Below are positions 28,001-40,767 of a DNA stretch of 64,000 nucleotides, one piece after another. Position numbers and translations under genes: made by a program. Every line of letters starts with the position of its first letter. Positions within the stretch are counted from its first letter, which is position 1. The notes beneath the pieces were generated by a model. It was not told the origin of the DNA, searched no databases, and was given only the letters and a program-made list of their open reading frames with translations. Source of the DNA: Geosiphon pyriformis uo1 (Eukaryota > Fungi > Glomeromycota); NCBI GenBank assembly GCA_016748015.1, contig JAAOMT010000479.1:120332-184331 (forward strand). The letters are read 5' to 3'.

Positions 28001-31000
28001 GTTGATCCTCAACTTGAGTGATTAAATATCTAATGATAGTTCCCTTTGGTATTTTAATGACTTTTCCAGTTGCAATATAGATGGGAATTTTGATGTTTTT
28101 GGGGCTTTTGGCTGATATGTAAAGATTAGTAAGTCTAATTTTTTCTGATTCACAAATAGTGGCTTTTGCTTCAAACAATTGAGCTTGATCCTTTACTTCT
28201 CTTTTTATGGCTAACATATACTGATCATATGATGGAATAGAGATTGATTGACAGGTTAAGATAATTTCTCCTTTGTTAATAATCTCTTCCTCTGCCATAT
28301 TAACTGGTACGTCTATTTTACCTGTTGATCCAAATCCCTGTATCTTTTTAGCAGTAATCCTTAATTCTTCCCTGTTTTCCACTAACACTAATTGAGCTAT
28401 TTTCACCAAAGATAGGAATATTGCCTGTGCTATCTTTTTGTTTAGATCTATGGTATATGCTTTTTCTGAATCATTTTGTAGCATAGCAATGATATTTTCT
28501 ACATATCCTGTGTCAATTATTTCTCCTTTGATGTTTATCTCTTTTTTTGCTAAACTACTCCTAGATGCTAATTGAATCATTGTTGTTGCTAGAATTTCCA
28601 GTGCTATTTTTAGATCAATACAAGTGCGCAAATGTGGTTCCAATTTGATGAGATTTTTCTCTGGATATCTCAGATCAAACTCTGCATCAGTATCATGTGC
28701 ATGTTCTGACATGATACCTTCGCCATTATTGCTGAACCATTTAAGTTCCTGCTTTTTGAAAAGGTCAGGAAGTGCGATAAATGTTTTGGGGTTTGAATCA
28801 GAGTTTGAATTGTTGTCATTTTCATTGCTATTTGAAGCAGAGCTGGAATTGTTGTTTTCGTTATCATCATTGTCAGAGTTTGAATTGGGATCAAAAGTTG
28901 ATTCCAATTCCAATGTGCAGTTGCTCATTGGTTTGTTTTTTTCTGGGATCATGTAAATCATGTGTGGTAGTGGATTGTAAATAAGATCACACTCATTGCA
29001 ATATTAGAAGTCATATGGGATCAAACAGTGGTCACATAATCAGGTGTTTATTTCTTCCAAGCATTGTTTCTGCTCTTCTCTGGTGGATGCTAATTGCTGG
29101 TAATGTTCATGAAATTCTTCTGGGTTGTCCTCAATATTGCCAAAGATGTCAAAAGTTTGGACATATTCAGATTCAGGAAGAGATAAAGAATTATTTTTAA
29201 TCTTTAGTAGTTTGTTGGTTGTTGCACTTTCTGCTTTCACATATGCCATTCTTCATAGTTCATCTTTGTCATAGAAATATCCTTCCAATTGTTGCAATGC
29301 TCATTTTTAGGCATTGTTGATTAGTGTTCCTTTGTTTACCTAATTGTTTATCAGTATGGTGTACTGGCATGTCTTATCACATGTTCTTCCATGCCCAGAA
29401 ATGTTATTCCACATTCCTTCATCAGGTAAAATAGTTTCACATGTGAGACATGGTTGGTTATCCCACTTTTCTTGTTGTTTCAGTTGTCCAAAGCACTTTA
29501 TGATGCATGGGTGGCAGTAGAATCTTGTGGCCATGGAGTATTCTTCATCATCATCACAGCATGTGCCTATTGACAACAATTTTTTGTCACAATCGACACA
29601 TTCCAATTTTGATTAACAATAATTGGATGGTGGTAATGAAGTGTAAGTGTATGAACTATAAGTGCTGTTGGTGAGAGTAGTTTCTTTTTTTTCTCCTTTC
29701 CCTTTTTCTTATTAGTTTCTTCCCACTTCCAGTTTGTTGGTTTGTCTTGGTTATTATCAGTTTCCCAGTTTTGGTCAGTATTCCAGGTAAGTTTTTTGTT
29801 TTCCTTCCCTTTTCCCTTGTTGTCCCAAGAAGTTATTAGTGGTAGCTTGTTGTGGTCTTCATCAGCTCAAGAGATTTAGTATGCTTCCCAAATAGGTTTC
29901 TCTTTTTCTTCTTTGAATTTGATAAGTGGAGCTGATGGTGTAGTGATGGGTCTGAAATGACCACACATGGCTGGTACATGTGTGTGTCATCTGTTTTGGC
30001 TAAGCTGGAGCTCTTGGGTGTTTTAGTCAAGTGTTGTGTTGATTTTGAACAGCCAGTTATTACCTACTAATGCTTAGTATTAAGTGGCTTCCATGACTAA
30101 TATCTTAATTGGTACAGTGATATCATTAATTTTTATGAGCAAGTTATCTATTTCACCAATTGGAGTCTTAGTGGTCCTATTGGCTGTAATTATCTTTGCA
30201 CTGGCAGCTTGATCAACTCGGTGATCTAATTGGTTCATGAACTGTCTTGTGATGATGCTGCCAGCTAATCCACTATCTAGAATCAGTTTAATAAACTGAC
30301 CATCAATTTTGGCATCTGTGTATATTGCTATGATAGGTTTTTCCTCGAGTGTGGCTCCACTGAACAAAGAGATTTCTGTTGGTTCCTCAATTTCGAAAGA
30401 AAATATAACTACTAGAAACTCATATTTTATGACAGTGGCTGGCGGAATATTGGTAAGTGATTGCTTCTGTTTGGGTTTCTGAGTGTTGGATGCGGCATCT
30501 TCTGTGGTAATCAGAAGACTTAAATAGTTTTGGGAACTTGGGTTTTGAGTATATTCAGTTTCTGAACTCCACTGTCATGATCTTGATGGCTGGTTAGATA
30601 AACTGGAGATCAGTTAGTGAACAACTATTGCCAATCTCCAGTTTTGAGTGACTTTTGATTTAGAGTTTCCTAATGTTATTTGAGCTGAGTTTAATAGCAG
30701 TGTTTGAATTGTGAGTGTTTGATAAATTATTTGTGGCTGTAGTAGTTAATATATTATTGGTGGCTGTGGTTGATAAACTGAAGGTTGATATACAGGTGGT
30801 TGATATATTGGCAGTTGTATCATTGGCAGGTAAGTTGATTAATATGGTGCTGAGTTGGATTAATAACTCAGAGTTGGGAACCGGTGATCAGGGTTTTGAT
30901 ATTGATTTCCCGATTGTTGGTTATTATTATAAAATCAGCAGTTGGCTCTAATATGGTCTTGTTTACTACAATTATGATAGACACACATTTTTTGTTGCCA

Positions 31001-31714
31001 TGGCTGATTTGATGATAATAAACGTAACTGATTTTGGAAATGATTCATGTTTTCTGAATTATTGCATCATTGTAGTGATTGATAAATTGCATGATTGTCA
31101 GCTAAGTATCCTTCTAATTTCTGATTAATTGAATTACTGAATTGTTTTAATTTGAAATCCAATTCAGATGATCCATTCATCACTAGATTAACGGCTTGGG
31201 CATGGCTTGCTTTAAATTCTGCTGATTTGAAATTTCTGGCATTTGTAACTGTGTTTTGGAGAGTTTGTGGGTGTATTGGGCATATGCATTGAAGTAGGCT
31301 ACTACACAGTCCACAGATAAACTGATTTAAAATCTGAGGCACTGTAAAATAGTCAGCTTGAATTGCTTGGATTTGGCATAAATTTTTATGGAAATGTCCC
31401 AAGTAAGTGGTAACTGCTTCAGTTTCTCCCTGTTTAATTGTGGTAAAAGTGTTGGCTAAGTGATTAATGTTGTTATTATTACTGAAATATTCCAGGAATG
31501 CAGTTTTGAATTTCTGGAATGTTTGAGGTTTAACGGCTAAACTCTGATACCATGAATTGGTGGTATCTTGTAGAAAATAGAGAATTGCTTGAAGGGCTCT
31601 GTCATTGTTCCATCCATTGGCTGCAATGGCTTTTTCCACATTGTTAAGCCATACTTGGGTGTTATCCTCTTCACCAGTAAATTTCTCAATTTTGGCGATT
31701 AGAGCATAAGCCAT
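25078..31714 (-). pseudogene. gag-pol of copy C
   Basis: Gag 31067-31714, CHNC-type knuckle ~30950-30990, protease LILDSG 30080-30367, Cys-rich 28970-29606, dUTPase within 27855-28961, RT 26989-27749 (VYLDD), RNase H 26488-26886 (TDAS..LEHLAI..YTDH), integrase 25078-26300 (H..H..CDAC; KFDSKWDGPF). Confidence 0.96.
28321..28712 (-). pseudogene. dut: dUTPase domain in copy C Pol
   Basis: All five trimeric dUTPase motifs in order: A[EG]FDL, LASRSS, GEIIDTGYVENI, KIAQ, GFGSTG. Confidence 0.92.
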
Positions 31715-31942
31715 TGGTTGTTGTTGTGATTGCTGCTGGATTTGTTGAGATAGTGGTTGTGGCTGTTGTTGTTATTCAGCATTTGGTGGTACTGATAGTG
31801 AATTAATCACAATTACTGGAGGTAAGTGTTGTTGATTATTAATATTGGGTTTTCACTTGTTCTGATTGTACTGCATTTGAAAATTTGGAGTTTCAATTTC
31901 CAGATTTTTTAAAGTTAGATTTTGCTGAGTTTGAAAGTTTGG

Positions 31943-32402
31943 TATTACAGATGACAATTTCTGGTGTTGAATTAAATATGAACCTGTAACTTGGTATTCA
32001 AAGCTATTCTCATTGTTGATAATCTGAAGGTTTGGTATCTGAAGGTTTTGAGATAACAAATAGTTATTTATTAGATAATTGTAATTTGGAAAGTGGCTTA
32101 GATTAAATCTAAAACTAAGAGGTTTGTCTTTTTAGCTTCTAATCCTGCTGCTATATATACATAATTAAGATTCTTCAATTTCTTGATTCTTTACGACAGG
32201 AATTCTGGAATTCCTGGAATCCTGCAATTCTTTTGAGAGGAATTCTAGAATTCTGCAATTCTGCAATTCCTTGTCAGGGAATCCTGAAATTCCTGGAATC
32301 CTGCAATTCCTGAGAAAAATCCTGGAATTCCACATTTACTATGTCTACTTCTGATTGGCTAATAATCATACTAATATATTTCCTATATTTCTATGAGTAA
32401 CA
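31943..32402 (-). repeat. 3' LTR of copy D (internal ~420-bp deletion)
   Basis: Matches 40768-40875 joined to 41294-41663. Confidence 0.92.
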
Positions 32403-32415
32403 TTATTCCCTCCTT

Positions 32416-33111
32416 TTAATATTGAGCTCTGTCGAAATCCAACTCATTTAATTTCCTCTCTTAAAGTATTTTCTGGATTTCATTTTCGAGAATTACTTGT
32501 GTTATTTGGGTCTGTAATTTTTCGAATTGAGCATTGGTGATCTTTCCCAATTGATTACTGGTAACCATATCCATTGTTTTGTTGAGTAATATTTCTGGTC
32601 TATCTTGAAATACTGTGTGTATTTGGTATATAGCTTGGGCCTGTGTGGATAAGTTATTCTTTCTCACAAAATATTCTAATTGTTGTAGTATTTTTTTGTC
32701 GAATAATCGCTTTGTTTTATCTGTATATAAGTTCTGGATATTTACGTGTTGTCCCAAGTAAAAATAACAATAGTTTCGTGGAAATTGTTGTATCTATCAA
32801 TTTCAAGTTTTTTTAGTCAACTCTTGATATAGTAACTTTTTTGTCAACTCTCTTATTGCTAATTTTACTTTTGCCATGATTTTGTCCATAGTATTTTTAG
32901 TTTTTTTCTGTGTTCTGGGTTGTAATGTCTTTCTAGTATTTTGATATTAAATGGTTTGTTGATTGATTGTAATTTCCATTTCCTGGTGTTAGATCAATTG
33001 AAAGAGTTGTTGTGCTAGTGAGTGAATGTTGTCTGTAATTTCCATTTTTCTGATATTTTCTGTCGTGTCTATCATGTCTTTATATATTCTTTTGATGAAT
33101 CAATTTGACAT
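32416..33111 (-). pseudogene. ORF3 of copy D
   Basis: Includes ORF 32461-32757; ends DFDRAQY* next to the PPT. Confidence 0.82.
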
Positions 33112-36100
33112 GTTGTTGTCAATAATAATGATTGGTTTCAGATCTTGTGGAATCTGATCTGGTTGGACTAATATTTTCTGTACTTTTAATTGTGGAATAT
33201 TACTGGTGGATGATGGTATGGTGTTGTAGTATGGTTTTAGTCGATCTCTATGTGCTGCTTTGGTTAAGATTTTGTTGTTCAGTCTTAATTTGTAAGCTTT
33301 ATTTCCTAGAATTTCTTCTATGTAAAATGGTCTATCCTATTTGGGATCAAATTTTCCACTTCATTGTTTTTCTGCTTTGGTACAATATAAGAGTACTTTG
33401 TCTCCAATCTTGAATTCAACTGGTTTGTTTGATAGTTGATTATTATGTCTTTTTTTCTGTTTCTCTTGTGACTTTTGTATGTTATCAGCTGTTTTTCTTC
33501 GTTTGTTTTCCAATGTTTCTATTAAGTCATATGTTCTTCTTAACAATGTTTCTTGGAAATTTTTTTCTGTTATTGGTTCAGTTAGATATGTGTTGACCTT
33601 TATCTCTACTGGTAATGTTGCTGTTCTACCATATAGTAATTCAAATGGTGTTGTTTGTGTAGTGTCTTGCTTCATTGTTCAATAAGCAAATAGTACTGAT
33701 GGTATCAACACATCCTAATTGTTCTGGTTTTCTTGGCTGAGCTTAGCTATTGCTTCACACAATGTTCTGTTGAATTTTTCAACTAATCTGTTGGTTTGTG
33801 GATGGTATGGTGATAATAGTGGTCTCTTAATTCCAAATCTTTGGCTCAATTCTGTTAATGTTTTGTTCACAAAATGAGTTCCTTAGTCTGATAATAATTT
33901 TTTTTGACATCTGTATTGACAAATTAAATTTTGATGAATGAATTTGGCAACAGATTCTGCATCTGCTCTTTGAATTGCTCTCACCTCTAGCCATTTTGTA
34001 AGATAGTCCATGGCTACTGCTATGTACCTGTTTTTTCTTCTGGTGATTGTTAATGATTTGACTAGATCAATTTCAATACAGTCGAATGATTGTTCCACTT
34101 TGATTGGTCTTAATAGTTTACTGGATTTTGTTTCTCCTCTTTGCTAACAAGCATTACAATTTTGAACATATTAGATGATATCTGGATATATTGATGGCCA
34201 ATAGTATTTTTTTCTGGTTTTTTCTATGGTTGCTTCTTTGTGAAAGTGTCTTGCTATTGGATTTAAGTGCATATTGAATAATATTGTTTCTTTTTCTGAC
34301 TCTGTAATTACTTTGGTTGGTTGCTCTAGCTTTCTTCTATTTTTCTGATACAGTATATTTTGGTGAGTAATAAAATATTTTGATTGTTGTTTGATACTCT
34401 TTCGTTCCATTTAAGATAAATTCTCCTTGAACTGTTGAGTGTTTATATAATGTAGCAGTTGTTGATATTTTTGTATGTTCATTTTTTGTTATATTTTCGT
34501 TGGTATTGTTATATTTTTGGGTTGAAATGTTCTTAGATTTGTCTCATTTGCGACAAACTGTCAGCATTTCCATTGTCTTTTCCCTTTTTATAATGTATAG
34601 TATAATTATATGGTACGAGTGCCATTTTCCATCTTGACTGTCTTCCATTTCCAAATTCTTGTTTTTGAAATGATGTTAATTCTTTGTGATCTGTGTATAC
34701 TTCAAACTTCTGGCTCAAGTATTTTTTCCATTTCATGACTGCCCAGTATATCGCTAAGTGTTCTTGTTCCAGTGTTTCATAGTTTTTTTTGGCTGGTATT
34801 AAACTTCTGCTGGCATATGCTACTGGATGTTCCCTGCCGTCTGGTTTTTTCTGAGATAGTATTGCTCCCAATGCTTGGCTGGATGCATTGGTGGTGATGA
34901 TAAATAGTTTGCTGTAATCTGGATAGATCAGTACTGGAGCTTGAATGAGCTTTCTTTTCAGAATATCAAAAGCTTCTTGTTGACTTTCTGTCCATTCATA
35001 TTTTGTATTCTTGGTTTGCAGCTGGTTGAGTGGCTGCACTATCTTGGAAAAGTTCTTGATAAAACATCAATAGTAACTAGTAAATCCCAAGAATAATTTC
35101 AGTTCTGTTATATTTGTTGGTACTGGAAAGTTCTTTACTATCTCTATTTTTTCTGGATCCGTTTTGATGCCGTTTTTGCTGACTATGTGTCCCAAAAATT
35201 TTAGTTCTGTCTTATCAAAGAAGCACTTTGTTGCATTTAACTTTAGTCCTGCTCTTCTTAATCTTTTGAACATTTGTTGAAAATGATGAAGATGATTATC
35301 AAATGTTTTTGAGAATACATTGGTGTTGTCCAAATATACAACTACTGATTTCCACAATAAACCAGTATAAATGATTTCCATTAGCCGTTGGAAAGTGGCT
35401 GGTGCATTGGTTAAGCCAAATGGCATAACTTCAAACTCAAAGTTTCCCTCTCTTGTAGTGAATGCTGTTTTTTCTTTGTCGGCTGGATCCATGGCTACTT
35501 GTCAGTAACTACTATCTAAGTCTAATGTTGAGAACCATTTGTTTCCACCAAAAGCATCAAATAGTTTTTGTATCCATAGAGTTGGATAGCTGTCTCCATA
35601 AGTTATACTATTTAGTTTTCTGTAGTCTACACAAAATTGGATTTTTCTATTCTTCTTACAGACAAGTACTATTGATGACGATCATGGATTCATTGATGGC
35701 TGAATTAACCCATTGTCAAGCATTCAGTTGATCTCTTGACAGATGATTTCATGGCTGGCTGGTAGTACTCTGTATGCTAGCTGTTTGATTGGCATTGTAT
35801 CTCCAGTCTTAATTTGATGTTGAATGATGTCAGTTCTGCCAAATTTGTTTTCGTTGGCAAAAATGTCATTGAAATTGTTGAGTAACATCTTGAGCTGCAT
35901 ATGTTGTAGTTGGTCTAGATTTCCCATGTTTATTTGTTCTAATTGTTCTGGTTGAAGCAAATAACATTCATCTCGTCCATAGATTGTTTGTGATGTGATG
36001 TCAACATATTTACAAAGCTGTGGAAAGTCTGGAATGGGATTTGGTGGTTGATTCTCTATTTCAGTGTTTAAGTATCCCATAGTAGTTCCAGCTGGTATTA

Positions 36101-39100
36101 CTATGACATTTCCTGTGTTGTTGTAGATGGGAATTTTGATGTGACTGTAATCTTTGGCTGGTATGTGGAGATTGATGAGTCCAATCTCTCTTGATTTGCA
36201 AAGGGTCAGTTCTGCTTCAAAAATCTGATTTTGTTCTTTTTCTTTCCTTTCTATTGCTAACATGTACTGGCTATATAGTAGAATGGAAATAGCTTGACTG
36301 GTTGAGATAATTTCTCCTTGGCCAACAATTTTTTTTTCCACCATATTAACTGGTACATCTACTCTACCTGTTGATCCAAATCCTTGTATCCCTCTTGTTG
36401 TTATCTTTAATTCCTCCCTTGTTCCCACTGACACTAAGCTAGCTACTTTGACTAGTAGCAGGAATATGGTCTGTGCTATCTTTTTATTTGGCTCAATGAT
36501 ATAAGTCTTTTCTGAGTCATTTTGTAGCATGGTACTGATATTTCTTGTATATTCTGCATCCACTATTCCCTCTTTAATATTAATCCTTTTTTTCATTAAA
36601 CTACTCCTAGATACTAACAGAACCATGGTTGTTGCTGGGATCTCTAGAGCTATTCTCAGATCAATGCATGCTCGCGCATTTGGCTCCAATTTGATGGCAT
36701 TTTTTTCTGGATATCTCAGATCAAACCCTGCATTAGTATCATGCACACGTTCTGGCATGATACTTTTCTCATTGTCACTATATCATTTTAACTTCTGTTT
36801 CTTGAAGAGATCTGGTAGTGCAATATATTGTTTGTAGTTTGTATTGGAGTTTGAATCTGAGTTGGAATCATTGTCGTTGTCATTGCCATTTTGAACAGAA
36901 CTTGAACCATTGTTGTCATCATCATTGTTAGAATTTGAATCGCGATTGATCAGTGATTCTGATTCTGATGTGCAATTGCTGATTGGTTTTTCCTCTTTAG
37001 AGATCATGTAGATCATGTGTGGTGGTGAATTGTAAATAAGATCACACTCATTACAATATTGAAAGTCACATGGAATTAAACAGTGGTCACATAACCGGGT
37101 GTTTAGCTGTGCTAAGCACTCTTTTTGTTCTTCTCTTGTGATTGCTAGTCGCTGGTAGTGTTCATAAAATTTTTCTGGATTGTCTTCGATGTTGCCAAAG
37201 ACATTGAAGGTTTGGACATATTCAGGCTCAGATAGGGATAGTAGGTTGTTTTTAATTTCTTTCAGCTCCTCTGTTATAGCACCTTCTAACATAGCATATA
37301 CCATTCTCCAGATCTCATCTTCATTGTGTGGGTATCTTTCTAGGTGTCTTAATGCTCGTTTTCAGGCGTCATTGATGGGAGTTCCCTTTCATACCCAGTC
37401 ATTGATCAGGATGATGTATTGGCATGTCTCATTACATGCTTCTTCTCTTCCAGGAATGTCTTTCCACATCCCTTCATCTAAGAGAGTATCTTCACAAGCT
37501 AAACACAAGGTACCATCCCATTTTCTTATTTTTGGCAGTTGTCCATCACATTCAAGGACACATAGACAACAGTAGTACTTGGTTGCTGCCATCCATTCTT
37601 TGTCCTTACTACAGTATGTGCTCATTGTTAACAGTTTCTTGCCACAACTGACACATACAAGTTTGGGTCAATAGTAAGCGTTTTGAGGTGGTGTCGCATA
37701 TAGAATATGAGTGTAGTAGGTGGTTTGTTTTGGTTCCTCTTCCTGTTTCTTTCCTTTTCTCTTTTCTTCTCAACTCCATTCAGTGGCTGGTTCACTTTGG
37801 CCATTGTCACTCCATGATTTTTGGTTTGTTCCCCAGATAAGTTCTTTTTCTTCTTTCCTCTTTCCTTTGTCATTCCATGAGAGTATGAGTGGCAATTTGT
37901 TGTGGTCATTGTCGGCCCACGAGACTTGGTAAGCTTTCCAAATAGGCTTCTTTTCTTCTTCCTCCAGCTCTATCAATGGTTCCTCTCTTGATAGAATCTT
38001 GAAGTGGCCACACATGGCTGGCACACGTGTGTGTTGACCATTAATGCTTAGTTGGAGCTCTTGCGTTGTCCAGTCCAGAACGGCATTGGTTTTGAACAGC
38101 CAGTTATTACCAACTAGAGCTTGGTATTGAGTGGCTTCTATCACCAAGACTTTGATGGGAGTGATGATGCCATTGACTTCAAATGGGAATTCATCTATCT
38201 TGCTAATAGGCGTTTTGGTTGCTTCATCGGCTGTGAGAATTCTGGCACTGGCAGTGCGATCAACTCAGCAACCTAATTAGTCCATGAGTTGTTGTGTAAT
38301 GATGCTACCTACTAAACTGCTGTCAAGGATCAATTTGATAGATTGTTCATCAACTTTGGCATCTATGTAAATCACAGTGATTAGTTTGGCTTCAAGAGTG
38401 GCTTCACTAAATAACAGCGTTATAGTTGTTTCCTCAAATTTGAATGGAAAAATAGCAGTCAAGGACTCATCTTTAGTAATAGTAACAGGTGGGATATTAC
38501 TGGGGAGTGGTTGTTTTTGGGCGGATTTCAGGTTATTGGCTGAGACATCTTCTGGAGAGACCAGAAGACTTAAATAGTTCTGGAAATTTGGGTTTTGGGT
38601 GACACCAGTACCCGAATTCCAAGAACGTGATCCTGATGGTGAGTTGGAAGAACTGGAGATAAATTGGTGGACAACTATTGCCGATCTCTAGTTTTGTGTG
38701 ATTCTAGGTTTGGAGTGGCCTGATGTCATATTAACTGAATTTTGGGGCAGTGTCTGAATTGATTGGGGTTGATAAATTACTTGGGGTTGTGGCTAATAGA
38801 TTACTGGTGGCTGTGGTTGATAAATTTGAGGTTGATATACTGGCAGTTGATAGATTGGTGGCTGTGTCATTGGCAGATAAGTAATTTGATCTTGATTTGG
38901 GTAACAATTCGGAGTTTGAAATCTGCAATCGAGGTTTTAATATTGATTTCCCGATCATGAATTGTTGCTATAAAATCTGCAGTCTGCTCTTATGTGCTCT
39001 TGTTTACCACAGTTGTGACAAATATGTGTTTCTGGCTGCCATAGCTGATTAGGTGCTGCTAATGATGATGATGGACATGACTGATTTTGGAAACAATTCA

Positions 39101-39767
39101 CATTTCCTGAATTATTGCATCATTGTGGTGGTTGATAAATTGCACGATTGTCAGCTAAGTATCCCTCTAACTTCTGATTAATTGAATCACTGAATTGTTT
39201 CAATTTAGAATCCAATTTAGATAATCTATTCATTACTAGGTTTATGGCATAAGTGTAATTGGCTTCTAATTTAGCAGATTCGAAATTTCGGGCCTGTGTG
39301 ACTGCATTCTAAAAAGTAGCTAGATACAGTGAGCATATGTGTTGCAAAATACTACTGCACAAACCATGGATGAATTGATTGAGAATTTGTGGCACTGTGA
39401 AATAATTAGCATCAATTGCTTGGATTTGTCGCAGATTTCTATGAAAGCATTCTAGATATGTGGTAACTGCTTCAGTTTCTCTTTGTTTAATTGTAGTGAA
39501 AGTGTTGGCTAATCTGTTGATGCTGTTGTTATTGCTAAAATATCTCAAAAATTCTAATTTGAAGGCGTTGAAATTTTGGGGTTTGTCGACCAGGCTTTGA
39601 TACCATGAATCTGCTGTGTTCTTGAGGAAATAAAGTATGGCTTACATGGCTCTGGCATTATTTTATTCATTGGCTGTAATGGTTTTTTCTATATCATTTA
39701 GCCAAACTTGTACATCATTCTCTTTGCCAGTGAATTTGTTGAGCTTTGTGATTGGTGCATATGCCAT
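33105..39767 (-). pseudogene. gag-pol of copy D
   Basis: Gag from 39767 with CHNCGKQEHIRADC, protease 37770-38462, Cys-rich 37020-37660, dUTPase 36368-36758 (AGFDL, VSRSS, GIVDAEY, GFGSTG), RT 35067-35800, RNase H 34533-35039, integrase 33105-34410. Confidence 0.96.
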
Positions 39768-40745
39768 TTGTTGTTGTTGCTATAGTAGAAGTTGTTGTTG
39801 TTGTTGAGGTAGTACTGAGGGTGGTTGTTGAGTTTGTTGGTTTGGTATATGGATGAGCTGACCAATTGGTTCAACTGGTGGTTGATCGATGACAATAACT
39901 GGAGGTAAGTGTTAATTAATTACTTTGGGGTTTTGATTTTGCAGTGCTTGAATATTTGGAGTTTCGATTTCTGGATTTTCTTGCTGAGTTTGAATGTTCA
40001 GAGTTCCAAATTCCAGGTTTTTAAGGATCAGGTTTTGGTAAGTAAATTCTTAATCTTCCGATTTTTTTTTCTTTTTTTCTTCAGATAGTTCTCACAGAGT
40101 AGTGGTTCCAAAGTCTAGTTGAGGCAGTGGTGATCAAATTCCTGATAGTGTTGGTGATTGTGACTTAAATCCTTCAAAATATTCACTATATGGTCCTAGT
40201 AGATCTGTTTTTTTTTGTTTACTTTGGAATGAAAATTGTCCAAATGTTGATATCGTATTTGATGTGGACACACTTGCTAATGTTATATTGATGACACTTC
40301 CCAGTGTGTAGTGATAGGATGGAGCAGTTGGTAATTCAACTCTTGTTTTCTTCTAAGTCAGTAGTTGTATCCTTTTGGGTGTTATCGCTGGTGTTTGTAG
40401 TTTTCCTTTGTCTTTACTGGCGTAAGTAATTGGATATCTTTGTTGATCTCAGTAATGATTGAGGCAAAATTGTGATTTGTTGGCAGGTTGGTATTTTGAA
40501 TTAATTCTCTGTAGAAAGTTTCCCTGGCTGATTCAGTATTCACTGGTGTTTTTAACAAAGAGAAAATCTTTTTGTTGATGTAGAAATTAAAGGCTGATTC
40601 GGCAGATATATGATTGTAATTTAATCCCAAATGTTGACAATAGTGTTGAAATAGGAATTTCACAAATCCTAAATGGTTTGCTCCTATGTTTTCTGATTCT
40701 GCCACTTTTGGATGGTGTTTGTTGGTGCTGGTTTTCTATAAGATT
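39768..40745 (-). pseudogene. Long N-terminal Gag extension / upstream ORF of copy D (homolog in C at 41664-42450 plus 31715-31942)
   Basis: ORF 40382-40705 (VAESENIGANHLGF...) is conserved at protein level between C and D. Confidence 0.7.
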
Positions 40746-40749
40746 ATAT

Positions 40750-40765
40750 CTCACAAAGAGCACCA
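40750..40765 (-). promoter_or_regulatory. Primer-binding site TGGTGCTCTTTGTGAG of copy D
   Basis: Begins with TGG 2 nt after the LTR's terminal CA; the same motif lies next to the 5' LTRs of C and E. Confidence 0.9.
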
Positions 40766-40767
40766 AA

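Noticed and set aside
28624-28984. Antisense ORFs over pol and LINE ORF2 (e.g. 28624-28956, 36529-36837, 37180-37575, 47317-47886)
   Set aside because: Shadow frames of the real coding strand with no independent motifs
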